64,000 nucleotides of DNA from the human T2T-CHM13v2.0 reference genome, Homo sapiens (GCF_009914755.1 NC_060932.1); one strand, 5' to 3'. Numbered from the stretch's first letter, positions 13,661 through 26,719 are shown. Notes: generated from the letters alone by a model not told the origin. Numbers and translations are program-made.

Positions 13661-13884
13661 AATACTGAAACTTAAATAGTAGGAATACATTGAGAAAAAG
13701 CTTAATGGGGGTGGTGTGTCTGTGAGGTGTCTTACCAAAGACTGTAATGTAAGAATCGCCACCACATACAACTTAGTGAAATAGAAATTGTTGATGTTTT
13801 ATGGTGACAACAAGAAGCAAGAACTAAAGAAAAGTGAGGGAAATATTACACTGGGGAGAGAAATGGAAATCTTGATTTTGGGTT

Positions 13885-14800
13885 TATTAGGTTTTAAAGC
13901 AACCATGTAACCATATGCCAAGGGCTGGCTTATGAATCATGAAACCAGCCAGGCTATTCCATGAAAAAGTGAATATTGAAGGTGAATATGAATATTCAGA
14001 AAGTTGGCTGCAGAAACTTAACACGTGTAAAATATTTGAAAATATGTGACAAAAGCTTCTGTTGATCAAGAAGCAGCTGAGAATTACATGTATAAATTGC
14101 TAAGATCATAACTGAAAGAAAGTCTTAATCCTGAACAAGTTTGCAAATGCTGACGAAACAGCTCTATACTGGTGCAATGTTCCTAGAAAAATCTTAGCAA
14201 TGACTGGCAAGAGAACCCCAGCAGGTGTTAAGGATATGGAGCCCTAGGTGACTGTCACTAGATGTGCCAATTCTACAGGAGAAATTAGGTTGACAGTGAT
14301 GGGAAAAAGCCAACATCTGAGATATTTAAATAGCGTACACAACTTATCTGTCATTATTGTGCAACAAGAAAATATGGATGAGCAGAAAAATACTTTCTGA
14401 CTAATTCAATTCTCACTTTGCACCCATGGCTTGAGTTCACTGCAGGCAACCTAAGCTGGAAAAAACTAGATTTTATTGCTTCTGGCCACTACTCCACACA
14501 TCCTATTCTGAACTTCTTGGGGAAAATAATATTTTTGGCCTTTACTTTTCCCCTCAAGGTTACATCTGTTATACAGTTTTGTTAGCCAAGACATTTATAC
14601 TACGTGGAAGGCAAGTATAAGTAGGATTAATCTATGCCTCCTCCTCCTTACTTTTGTTTTTTTCTTTAGTTGTATCATTGCTGAGGTTAACAGATACTTA
14701 AGAATTTCAAACATACTTAAAAGAAATGATTTAAAAGGGTGCCATTTCTTCAGTAGCTAATGCTTGGAATAATGTTGATACAGAACACAAATGCTTTCAG
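13885..14800 (+). pseudogene. Decayed Tigger/pogo (CENP-B/Jerky-like) DDE transposase
   Basis: Translations MKPARLFHEKVNIEGEYEYSESWLQKL (from 13939), NADETALYWCNVPRKILA (from 14146) and AISSVANAWNNV (from 14741); many stops and frameshifts. Confidence 0.85.
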
Positions 14801-15356
14801 CCTTGACAATGTGTAAACCCAAACTGCACAGTGTATGAGTGGAAATGTGGATGAGGGCAAGGAGAAGTGAAGGAAAGGCAGGATTGCTAATGCATTCATC
14901 ATAAAAGTTACTTGTTGAAAGATAATGTCAATATTTGATAAATAAAAAATGAAGGATCAAGTATAGTGTTTAAATTTAAAAGTTAATAACTAAACTGAAA
15001 ATTGTGATATAAGCGTATTGGGAAAAATGGAAATTGGGGTGGTGTGAATTGATGCTCATCTATCTGTGAATAGTTTACTCAGGTTAGATGTGAGACATAT
15101 AAAAAATCAAAAGTACTGATGGGCAATAATAAAATGCAGTATTCCCCAGTCCCCTCCTTACTCCGTCTCCCCTTAACTCTCAACTTGAAGGATCTACTTT
15201 AGACATTTAACAACTGAATGGATATTTGGATCTTTTGATGGTTATCTCTATCATTCTGGGTTAAATTAGCAAAAAAAAAGTAGATAAATTGGAATAGGGT
15301 TCAATCTTAAGAGAGAAGAGAGATACTAATAATACAGTTTTACATAATTTTGTTAT

Positions 15357-17790
15357 TTTTTAAAATAATTTTTACTGTGTATATGTAAGGTATACAACAT
15401 GGTGTTATAAGATAAAGATCGTATCCATTCGTCATCTCACTTAGCTACATATTTTCCCCCCATGTAGCAATAATAGTTATAATCTACTCATTTAGCAAAA
15501 ATCCTGACTACAATACACTATTATTAATTACAGTTCTCATGTTGTACATTAGATCCTTGGATTTGTTCATTATACATATTTGCTACTTTGTATCTTTTCA
15601 CCCACGTCTCAACATTTCCTTCCCCCTCTATCTGGGCCCTGGTAACTACTATTTTATTCTCTATCTCTGCATATCAGACTTTTTTTTTTTTTAGCTTACA
15701 CATATAAGTGAGATCAGGCAATATTTTCCTTTGCGTCTGGCTTATTTCTCTTAGCATAATATCCTCCAGGTCTGCCTATGTTATGGTAAATGGCAGAACA
15801 TCCTCTTTTAAAGGTTGAATACATTTATGTAGAGCAGTTTCTTTATCCATTCATCCGCTGATGGACACCAAGGTTGTTTCCATATCTTGGCTACTGTAAA
15901 TAATGCTGCAGTGAACATGGGAATGCAGATATCTTTATGAGGTGGTGATTTCATTTCATTTGTATATATACTCAGAAGAGGAATTATGGGGTCATATATG
16001 GTAAATCTATTTTTAATTTCTTTAGGAACTTCCATGCTGTTTTCCATAATGGCTGAATCAATCTACATTCCCATCGAAGTGTACAGGGCTTCCCTTTTCT
16101 CTACATCCTCGCCAACACTTGTTATCTTTTGTCATTTTGATGATAGCTATCCAAAAAGGTGTGAGGCAGTAACTCATAGTGGTTTTGCTTTGCATTTCCC
16201 TAATAATTAGTGATTTTAGGCACCTTTTCATGTACCTATTGGCTATTTTTTACATCATCTTTGGTGAAATGTTGATTCAAGTCCTTTGCCTGTTTTTAAA
16301 TTGGGTTATAAGTTTTCTTGCTATTGAGATAATATAAGTTCTTTATAAATCTGGGCTATTAACCCCTTATCTGATATATGGTGTGTAAATATTTTTTTTC
16401 ACAAACTGTAAATTGCCTTTCATTTTGCTGATTATTTCCTTTGCTGTGAGAAGCTTTTTAGTTTGGTGTAGTCCTTGTTATCTATCTTTGCTTTTGTAGC
16501 GTGAGCTTTTGGTGTGATACCCAAGAAATTATTGCCAAGGCCAAGCTAATGTCAAGGGGCTTTTCCCCTGTGTTTACTTCTAGGAGTATTATGATTTCAG
16601 GTTTTACATTGAGGTCTTTTATCCATTTTGAGTTGATTTTTGTGTATGGTGTAAGACAAGGGTCCAATTTCATGCTTTTGTTTGTGGAAATCTAGTTTCT
16701 CTAGCACCATTTATTCAAGAGATTATCTTTACCCCATCCTGTCTTTTTGGCGCCCTTGCTGAAAAGCAGTTAACGATAGATGTCTGGGTTTATTTCTGGG
16801 CTCTCTGTTCTTTCCCACTGGTTCTTGTGTCTGTTTTTATGCCAGTACCATATTGTTTTGTTTCTATAGCTTCATAGTATAATTTTATGTTAAAAAGTGT
16901 GATGCCTCCAACTTGTTTTTGTTTTTGTTTTTCTTCTGAGAATGGCTTTGGCTATTTGCAGTCTTTTGTGGTTTTGTACAAATTTTAAAATTGTTTTTCT
17001 GTGAAGAATGATGTTGGAATTTTGATATGAATGCACTAATCTATATATTGCTTTAGATTAATGGACGATTTAACAATATTAACTCTCCAGATTCATGTGC
17101 ATAAAATCTTTCCTTGTATTTGTGTCCTCATGAATTTCATCCACCAATGTTTTATAGTTTTAGTATATGGGTATTTTATCTCATTGGTTAAATTTATTCC
17201 TAAATATTTTTCTTTTTTTATGCTATCAAAATGAGATTATTTTCTTGATTTCTTTTTCTGGCTAGGTCATTATTTGTGCATAGAAATGCCATAGATGTTT
17301 GTATGTTGGTTTTATATCCTGCAACTTTAATGATTTTATTTATTAGATCTAACAGTTATTTGGTGGAATCTTTGGTATGTTTTACATACAGAGTCATGTC
17401 ATTTGCAGAGATAATTTTTCTTCTTTCTGATTTGATACCTTTTATTTCTTTTTTTTGTCTAATTGCTCTTGATGGTACTTATAGTATTATGTTGAATAAA
17501 AGTGGTGAGAGTAGGTATTCTTGCCTTAGAGATAGATATCAGATCTTAGAGGAAAAGCTTTTTGTTTCTGCCCATTGATTATATTAGCTGTAGGTTTTTT
17601 AATAAATGGGCTTTAGTAGGTTGAGGAACTGTCCTTCTATACCTAAACTGTTCAGAGTATTTATCAAGTAAGGATGTTGAACTTTGTTGAATGCTTTTCT
17701 GTATCAGTTGATAGCATTGTGTGGTTTTGTCTTTCAGGCTGTTAAGTGTGATATATCACAGTGATTGATTTGCATATGTTAAATTAGTCT
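15357..17790 (-). mobile_element. L1MA-class element, 3' UTR plus distal ORF2
   Basis: L1MA 3' end (AGGTATACAACATG...CATGTTGTACATTAGATC); ORF2 peptides [23 protein letters not shown] and [12 protein letters not shown] in the ORF track. Confidence 0.93.
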
Positions 17791-18412
17791 CAGAAATAAA
17801 AATGATCATAAGGGACTACAGACTTACGATGGTTTGACCTATGATATTTTGACTTTATGATAGGTTTATTGGGGGCATTAAGTACGTTTCAACAATATAT
17901 TTTGGACTTAGATTTTTTTTTCTGGGGATATAACACCCATCATAAGTTCAGGAGTATCTGTAGTATGAACAATTATATGCTGTCAAATTTAATAACCTAG
18001 AGGAAACGGATGAATTCTTAGAAAAATACAACCTACCAAGGTTAAATCGGAAGAGATAGAAAGCCTGAACAGACTTATGACAAATAAAGAGATTGAAGTT
18101 GTAATTAAAAATCCCCCACAAAGAAAAACCCAGGACCAGATGGCTTTGCAACTGAATTCAACGAAACTTCCAAAAAGGAATACTAATACTTCTGAACTCT
18201 TCCAAATAAAGGAGCTAGAGGGAGTATTTCCTAACATATTTTATAAGGCCAGCACCACCTTGATACTTAAGCCAGATAGACACCACACACACGAAAAGAA
18301 AACTACAGACCAATATCTCTGATGAATATTGAGGCAAAACTCATCAATAAAATATTAGCAAATTGAATTTAACAACACGTCAAAATGATTATACTGCATA
18401 GTCAAATGAAAC
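17791..18412 (+). mobile_element. Inverted 5' segment of the same L1 (twin priming)
   Basis: Sense ORF2 (TNKEIEVVIKNPPQRK, FPNIFYKASTTLILKPD) ending near the L1 position where the minus segment begins. Confidence 0.85.
17819..17960. mobile_element. MER47/Tigger5-family MITE nested in the L1
   Basis: CAGACTTACGATGG...CCCATCATAAGTTCAGGAGTATCTG termini, TA duplication at 17817-18 and 17961-62; L1 sequence rejoins across it. Confidence 0.75.
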
Positions 18413-19489
18413 AAAACCCATTATTTTAGAGCATGTTTTTACATAATCTATTTCATTTGGTTTTCCTGGGGATTTTGTGAGTTTGGCAGCCTTCACATCA
18501 TCAAATCATTTTAACGACTGGAGATCTAAGCACAGAGATGACTAATTTGTACAACATCCTGTGTATGTTAAAGTGTAGATACTGCAGTCTGAGCCTAAAT
18601 CATGTTCTTCCATTCTTGCCCTTATTTCTGTCTATCAGTGGTTCCCAACCACTGGTCTTTGGAGCACACTGGACCAGAAAGACATTTTTATCAGCCCAGT
18701 GCTTTTCTTTCGGCAAGTTCCTGGGTGTCTTCCTTTGACCTTGAGCACCCTGAGCTGTGTAGCTTTAAGGATAAGTAGATCAGGAAAAAACTCTAATCCT
18801 TTTCTTGAAGTTCTTGTGACCGGCTCAACTTTTAGCCTCCTGTGTCTTGAAAATATCCAGGATGGAGAGATGAAGTGTGACCTTCACTTTTCCAAGTATC
18901 TCTCTGTCATTTTGGGGGCAGTTTTTTAGAGATGACTTTTGCAGAGTATAAATGTCCCTGTGACATTAAGATTTACATTTCTAGGTTCTTGTATCCTCTG
19001 GGGTTTGTACTGTGATGATTGTTCTCAAAAGGACATGTCAGTTTCTGTAGATTTGTTGAGATGGCATTTCAGCTTTCTTCACATGTTTTTGGAATTGGAC
19101 TCTGACTGACAATTTGTTCTTTGAATTTAAGCACAGATTCAGAATGCACTGTTTCTTTTCCACTTAAATCTCACATCAAATCCTTTTTACAACCCTTATT
19201 GTCCATTTCACTAAAATCACATTGGTTTTCCCCAATCAAAGTCCTAGGGTAGAATTTTGTTTGAGAGGTTCTGCTTTTATTTTTCCCACAGAATTCCTTC
19301 TCTTCTTTGGCAGTGGGCTGTTTATTAAAATAATCAATCCCCAAATATCTGATGTATAGACTTTACTTCTTTTTGAGGAAATAAGTGTCGATATTTGATG
19401 GATTCCTCATGCATATGTACCATTTCAGATAATTAACATAAGGTAGCAAAGTAAGGCACCATGTAGTCAAGAGTACCCTACTCTTATAG

Positions 19490-19720
19490 AGTACCATGTG
19501 GTCAAATGGTTAGTGTTCGTATGCCACTCTGTTGCTTATTATCTTCGTGATGTCAAGAAAATTATTTACACAAACTGGGTCTCAGTTTTCTCACATATAA
19601 AATGCGAATCATGTTTTCTCTTTTAAGGTTTTGATATGAGCCTTGAAAAAGACAAAGCAAACCACTTAGCACAAAGTCTATCCTATAATGTGCACTCAAT
19701 ACATAGTAGCTACTATTTTC
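19490..19720 (+). mobile_element. MIR SINE
   Basis: CTCAGTTTTCTCACATATAAAATG core. Confidence 0.75.
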
Positions 19721-21184
19721 ATAAGCTTTTTCCATCTGTATGGTTATGATAAGGTATCCAGCAAAGCTCTTAGTAGACAAGAGATGATCAAAAATATATA
19801 TGAAGAAGAAATTAATATATGATGAAGAAATTAATGAGGAAGTTATTCAATCTCATATTAAATCTCATATGAAAACATACTGAACTATAATGGGCTTCTA
19901 TTTTACAGTTAGTCTAGCCCTCTTAGGTCCATACCCCACACTGAGATATTACACCCATAGATATAAAGATACTGTAGAGTTTGAGAGTTAACGCCATGGC
20001 ATGCCAGCTGAGATTTCCCTACTTAAGGTGGAGTGGATTGGAGAGTGGGCAATCATCTGATTTTTCAATCTTTATTTTTTTCGGGTCCATGCCACTGAAC
20101 ACATTGAGGCTGGTAAGATATCAGTAGGATTAGCAACAATTATCTTCTTGCTGTGAGCCTAATTTAGGAGATAGGTTTTATCTTAGTCACAATCCATTTG
20201 CTCTGTTTGTTAAGCTTAGAGTCTTGGCTTTTACACCAATTACACTGTTGGGATTGGAGTCCTTTCCTCACACCTTTTATACATCACAGGATTCTTTACA
20301 TCTTGCCTACAGAAGTTCTGTCAGGTCCCTTCCCAGAGTCCTTATTTCTCACTGCTGGCTAGGATCCTGTTCTGAAACAGACATCTACTCTCTAGGGGTA
20401 ACAGTCATCCACCTGCGCTAGCATATTTCCCATAGAAAACTATATCGTTATCCTACTCATTGGATAGGTCCTTGTGAAGTTGTGCAGCTTCCCACAACTA
20501 CTCAATTTGCCACTAGTTCAGGTCATTTTTGCACTTGCATTGACGAGCTGATCTTCCAGCCCCAACAAGAATGGCCCAACAGGTGGTCAGTTCCTCTGTG
20601 GAGCTCTTCTGCAGGTCCAGCTCCTTCCCTGGATTATGCTGCCAACATCTCAGCAAGCCTTGCTATGGAGGCTTTTGGGGGTACTGACACATTATTTTGA
20701 ATTCTGTAGAGGGCTATAAACTTAATGCCAGGTAAAATTTCAAATGAATGAAAACCTTTACAGAACCCTATTAGGGTCTGGACTATTTTAGCAGAATGTG
20801 TATATATATTGCTACTCATAACCAAGTGTTCATCATCCATTTCTCACTATTCCATGCCCCATTCAGTGTGTAAGATACTGCCTCCAGGAGCCAGTGATGG
20901 AGGCTCCCTGGGCTGGTGCCATGACATGACTTCTGAGTGCTATCTTATGCCAGGATTTGTCTTACCAAGAGAGCTTTAATTTTAATTTCTGAGTGAAATA
21001 TGGGATGCTGTCGCAGAGATGGGTTTCTTCTCCAGTGTCTGATGCACAGTTGTCCCTTGGTTGAACAACAAATAGCACAGTTCTTGCTATAAATCCTGTG
21101 GTTATTTCAATTAATCACTATTTGAGAGACTCCTTTACTTGCATAATCCCTGAAGAACCCATAGGGGCTGGTATTTGGTAGAGA

Positions 21185-21330
21185 CCTTTGAGATCAGATG
21201 ATTTAATCCAAATTTATTTTAATTCATTTCAAAAATGAGAAAGCCAAAGCCATGAGAGGTTAAGAGTCTGCTTCAGGATTCCCAGCTAATTTATGTCAGA
21301 GTCAGGACCACACTTCACACCTGCTGGCTT
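21185..21330 (-). mobile_element. MIR-family fragment
   Basis: AAATGAGAAAGCCAAAGCCATGAGAGGTTAAG. Confidence 0.55.
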
Positions 21331-22099
21331 CTTTGGATCTAATTTAGGTATCAATGTGAATCTCAGTCAGCCTCAGATTGTGGTGTCCCTTGAATATAGC
21401 ATCCTGGGCTGCTCCCCAAAGCCTAAGAATTCAAGATTTATGAGTGGTGGTGGGCAAACTTGTACTTCTATTATCAGAGTCATTTTGCAACAGACATTGT
21501 ACCACCCTGGATCTCTGTTCAACACGTGATAGGAACTGAAGGGGCTCTTGGAGTCAGTGTCCAGATGGTGTCCCCAACCCCAGAGAGTTTCTATATCTGA
21601 AGAAAGTGGTCTGAGTCCCAAATGACCTATCTCTTTTCTCACTTTATTGAGGATACACTTTCAGTGCAGTTGCAAGACCAAGCAGAAGAACATCAAGTCA
21701 TCTGGTAAAGCCGCTCCTCACATCGATCTAGAAAAATCCCCAGTAATTCCTGGGGATCACAGGAGGGCGACAGTTTCCCACCTGGGAATAATGCACTAGC
21801 TTCCTCTATAAAAGAAGAAAACATCTTAAAAGAGTTACATCCTGTCAGATGCTTTTCCTTCCTTCCCACATCTGTGTTTTACCAGATCCAGACACTCTTG
21901 CCTTTCCAATCTCGTATTCCTCTCTTCCCTGAACACTTTCATGATATAGCCAATGATGTTTCTCAGGTCTTCTAGCCTGGCTTAGTGTGGAAGTCTCTGA
22001 ATTTTTCTGTGGTCCGGGATGCCCTTTCCTCTAATCCACCCAGAATATTACTGTGAGACCAGTCTTGCAGTGGCACTAACTGATCAGAGATCTTGTGTG

Positions 22100-22330
22100 A
22101 CGCAGTAGCTAGGGATGTGATTTGGAGTTAGACAGGCCTGCATTGGAGCCCCAGCTCTGCTACCATCTACCTGGTGCTCTGGGCCAAGTTATTTCATGTC
22201 TCTGCATCCCAGTTTTCTCATCTGTAAAATAAGGATAGTAACAATATCACCTCAACAGGTTGTCATGAGAATAACATGAGGTAATGCCTATGAAGTCCTC
22301 AGCTACAGTCTGTACTCAATCGGTATACCA
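22100..22330 (+). mobile_element. MIR SINE
   Basis: TTGGAGTTAGACAGGCCTG...CAGTTTTCTCATCTGTAAAATAAGGATAG. Confidence 0.88.
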
Positions 22331-22360
22331 TCTCTCTGTTCTCATTCATGCCTCACATAA

Positions 22361-23280
22361 TGTGTCACAGCTTGTGCTTCTCCTAAAAACAGCCTTTGAG
22401 ACAAGGCTTAGAGTGCAAGTAGTTCATTTGGGCAGTAATCCCAGAAAGCATGGTGAGGGATGCTGATTGAGATGAGGAAGGGAGTAAAAGTAATAAAACA
22501 AAAAATCCTACTGTGCAACCCTGGCCTGATGAGTTAACCCTTTACTGTGCAAGCTGCCACTATGGGCAACTGGGGTGTAACTCCCCTAGAGACCCTTTGA
22601 TAAACTCCATGAAACCCACCTCAGAACTGTCCCTTTGATGGTCAAGGAAGCTGGGATGTTTGTCCAGCAACTTGAACCCTGCATTTTTCTGAGGAGTTAA
22701 CTCCGCTGTAGACTTGCTCCATGAGCTGGGCACACACACCCCCTGCTGGAGAACACCCTGAGGCAGAGATGGGATAGGGGAACTGTATTAGTCAGGGTTC
22801 TCCAGAGGCACAGAACTAACAGGATAGATATATATAAAGAGGAGTTTATTAAGGAGTATTAACTCACACGATCACAAGGTCCCACAATAGGCATTCTGCA
22901 AGCTGAGAAGCAAGGAAGCCAGTCTGAGTCTCAAAGCCAAAGAACATGGAGTCTGATGTTTGAGGGCAGGAAACACCTAGCAAGGGGGAAAGATGTAGGC
23001 TGGGAGGCTAAGTCAGTCTATTCTTTTCACATTCTTCTGCCTGCTTTTATTATGGCTACACTGGCAGCTGATTAGATCATGCCCACCCAGACTGAGATTG
23101 GGTGTGACTCAAACGTTAATCTCCTTTGGCAACACCCTCACAGACACACCCAAGAACAATACTTTGCATCCTTCAATCCAATCAAGTTGATGCTCAGTAT
23201 TAACCATCACAGGAACCTTCTGCAGCCAGCCTCTGGGGAAGACCTAGGAGGGCGTCCAGGGCACTGCCAGCATCTGCTCT
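22361..23280 (-). mobile_element. LTR33-like ERVL LTR, split by MLT2A
   Basis: TGAGACAAGGCTTAGAGTGCAAGTAGTTCATTTGGGCAGTAATCCCAG; continues after 23211. Confidence 0.6.
22784..23211 (-). mobile_element. MLT2A1/MLT2A2 (HERV-L) solo LTR
   Basis: TGTATTAGTCAGGGTTCTCCAGAGG...CAATCCAATCAAGTTGATGCTCAGTATTAACCATCACA; TSD GGAAC at 22779-22783 and 23212-23216. Confidence 0.93.
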
Positions 23281-24394
23281 TGGTTACCTGACACCATAGA
23301 CACTATTAACACTACTGAGCTGTGTTTGAACTGAGCTGATTGAATGGAAACAGGACATCAATGCTAGGTTAGAGTGAGAGGCTTCAGTAAACAAAAACAC
23401 TAACGCTTTATTTCCTTAACCTCTGGAGACATTGTCAGGCTGGCAGGATCTGACACATACGCAAGAGCTCAGTAGGAATCACTTAATGTTCACAGGCAAA
23501 GGAAGACCCTCTCTCAGCCTATACTTGGGTCTGCTTTTGTTCAGGGTCCTCCAAACCTGACCTCAATAGAGTGTATACCCACCAGAGACCCTTTTTCCTT
23601 TTTCTACCCCTGGTTAATATATTCTCATTGCACACATATTATTAGCATGCCCAAGAGCACTAAAAACAGCCAAGGCCTCAAGACAGTTCATGTTTATTGT
23701 GCTTTTCTGCATTGTCTTGGTCCCATCTGTATTAATCTTTAGAAACAGAGGACTTTCCTGTCTCCTGCTTAGTGAACAACTCCCTCTCCCAGGACCCGGC
23801 TTACTGTTATGTTACTTTGTTCCTCTGCTATCTTCTTTCATCTTGCAATTTCCAATATAATCTTTGTGTAATCTCTGCTACATATTTTTTATTTGTTTTT
23901 CCTGTGTCTGTTCTAGGCAGATGATTCTTCTCATACTTGTTTAATCTCCCTTGATCCTTTACTTTCCAACTTGTTTGCCCTCTTTAACAAGGTGAAGGTC
24001 CTGGTTTATTCTTCTTTGACATGTCTGGTTGATTAGCTACAAGATTCCCACTTGTTTCCTTCCCCGCACCCCAACACCTCTTTTCCTCTTTCCCCTCCTC
24101 TTCATATGTAGCCAGACAATTTATTACAGCAAGTGTACAGTGAGAGTATACTGTATGCCCAGGCTTGGCTGTGTGCAATCTGTGGGAAGTGTAAGATAAG
24201 GGTAAGGCCTTCTCAGAATTCAGAGTCTGGCTGGCAGACAGAGCACCCAGTCGTGAAAAAGTTAAGTAACCGAATATTGATTTAAGCTCACATGTGTGTT
24301 GTGAGTATTCTGTAAGTTCTAGAGTAGCCTGGAAGGAGAGGATGACTTGGACTGAAGGAACCAGAGAAGGCTTTGTGAGAAAAAGCTACTTACC

Positions 24395-25303
24395 TGTGTT
24401 AGGGTCTCCAAGACCACACTCAGGTTTGATGATTTCCTAGAAAGACTCCTAGAACTCAAAAAAAAAAAAAAAGGTTATACTCATGGTTGTATAGTATATT
24501 ACAGTGGAAGGATACATATTGAAATTGGCAAAGGAAAAAGACTCATAGCACTTTGGGAGGCCAAGGTGGGTGGATCACTTGAGGCCAGGAGCTCGAGACC
24601 AGCCTGGCCAACATGGTGAAACACTGTTTGTACTAAAAATACAAAAATTAGCCAGGCATGATGGTACACACCTGTAATCCCAGCTACTCAGGTAGCTGAG
24701 GCATGAGAATCGCTTGAACCTGAAAGTTGGAGGTTGCAGTGAGCTGAGATCGTGCCACTGTATTCCAGCTGGGGCAACAGAGTGAGACTCTGTCTCAAAA
24801 GAAAAAAAAAATCATAGGGTGGAGTCCAGGAGACACAAAGGGCAAGATCCTAGTTCTCTCTCAGTGGAGTTCTATGGTAGAACTTGATTTTCATTCAACG
24901 CTGTGTGACAACATGTATAGAATATTATCAATCAGGGAAGCTCACCTGAGACTTGATGTGTCCAAGGTTTTTATTGGTGGTGGAGCGGTCAGTTACATAT
25001 GCATGGAACACCTGTGTGACTGATCTCAGCTCTTTAGACTCTAGTTCCCCATGGGTCAAATTGACACAGCATGACCCAAAGCCCAGGCATACAAAAACAG
25101 ACATTCAACATAAATTCCATTGTTAGCATAAACCATATGGCATGGTCCCAGACCTCAGCTATCCAAGGACACTCTTATTTGGCAGGTATTTCAAGGGCTC
25201 CAAGATTATTTTACAGGGGCTAGTTGAAGACTAGTCCTGAAGGCCTCTGAAATGTGCAGAGTTTGGGCAACACTGGCCTGATGAGTTAACCCTTTATTGC
25301 ACA
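24395..25303 (-). mobile_element. MER21C-like ERVL LTR, split by an Alu
   Basis: TGTGTTAGGGTCTCCAAGACCAC...GAGTTAACCCTTTATTGCACA. Confidence 0.8.
24547..24811 (+). mobile_element. 5'-truncated AluS (Sx/Sz-like)
   Basis: Begins AGCACTTTGGGAGGCC; A tail; TCATAG repeated on both sides. Confidence 0.93.
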
Positions 25304-25629
25304 TCACTGCTTCTTTCACCCTAAACCATATCATGTCCATAGAATGGTAGAATGGTATAGTGGGAAAAGCCCTCTGAGGTTACTGGGAGTTTAGTCTAAA
25401 TCCCATTGTCTCTGAGAAATGGCAAATGAGGCTCAGAAAGGAAAAACTATCTTTAGCAGAAAGCCTTCCCTGATACTATCCAGATAGAATGTACTGCTCT
25501 TCTCCTAGGAATTTAATGGAACTTAAGAACGACTGCCATTTGCTGAGTGCTTTCTGTGAACTAAGTACTGGCCTGAGTGGTTTTCATGCGTTATCTCATT
25601 GTTAGCTGCTCTTGCAGATATGTACATTC

Positions 25630-25770
25630 AAGTTTTGTCTTCTCCGCTAGATGGTGAACTTCTTGAAAGTAACATCTGTGATTTATTCATCTTGATACCC
25701 TTATTGCCCAGCAGAGTGCCTGGCACAGAATAGGTGTGTAGGAAGTATTGATGCATGCATACATGAATAA
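25630..25770 (+). mobile_element. L2 3' end
   Basis: CCCAGCAGAGTGCCTGGCACAGAATAGG. Confidence 0.7.
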
Positions 25771-26200
25771 TTATTTTGCCGTGCAACAGTAGGTAAATAA
25801 TGCCAGAACTCAGAACTGGAATTGAAGTTTCTTCTTGTGTAATTCTTCTCAGTAGTGCTGTGAAAATCAGACTCAACAGGATGACACTTGTCCCAGAGCT
25901 GACACCTTCTAGAGAACTAGAATTATCTGTGGATAATCCCCCATTGGCTCATCCACAGACATGTGATAAACAGTATGAAACAAAATTGTAAGTCATCAGC
26001 ACTAGAAATATTATAAGATACCAGTTATTAGTAATGAAAACTGCTTGAATTTTTTTCAAAGGTACTGTGTTTGAAAAGCACACCTACCTGTGTGCCTTTG
26101 CTCACACAGCCCTCAATGCCTGGGGGACCCCTCATGGTTCTACCCAGACACGCCTTCCTATCCCCTAATTCAAGACACAGCTTGATCATTGTTCATTAGA

Positions 26201-26702
26201 CAGAGCTTCTTAACACAGGTTTCCCATTCCTCCAATGAATCCACAGATCGAATTCAGGGTGTTTGAAGATAGAAAAATTATCTTCATTTTCATTAGCCTC
26301 TAACTGGAATTGATTATTTCCTTTAGTTCTTCACATAGTTAACAAATTCTACTAGTCTTAGCAGTATCTATGGTTTGTTAGCAATAGAAAGCACAGATAT
26401 TTTCATACCACATTATAATTGTTGCTTGCACCTCAGAATATTGACTATGCCCTTTACTATTTTATAACTACAGTGGTTATTAGGCCCACCACTTGATCTT
26501 TTTTTAATAAGTTAATTAAGAAGCATGTGCATTATAAGGTCACATTTAAAAGTATTTTAATAACTATATTTCAATATAATTAGTTTCCCTGTAATCCTGT
26601 GCATGTTATATTATACATTAAAGCCATTATTCAGATAAGGTATCCATAAGTTTCACCAGACTGCCCAAAATGTTAATGACCCAAAATAGGTTACGAAGCC
26701 CC
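26201..26702 (+). mobile_element. Charlie4a-like hAT DNA transposon
   Basis: ~500 bp; CAGAGCTTCTTAAC start, CAATAGAAAGCACAGATATTTTCATACCACATTA, TTTCACCAGACTGCC...AGGTTACGAAGCCC end. Confidence 0.7.
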
Positions 26703-26719
26703 AACCCTCTTGATCATAG

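Noticed and set aside
16482-16673. [20 protein letters not shown] and similar L1 peptides (32046, 42600, 52490)
   Set aside because: Broken L1 ORF2 remnants, not functional genes.
19795-19872. Short tandem duplications (GAAGAAATTAAT x2, AATCTCATAT x2) as an array
   Set aside because: Ordinary slippage duplications with no repeat-spacer structure; CRISPR is not applicable to this genome.
25642-25658. CTCF-like CCGCTAGATGGTGA within L2
   Set aside because: The 3' end of the motif is poor and it is explainable as drift from L2 sequence.
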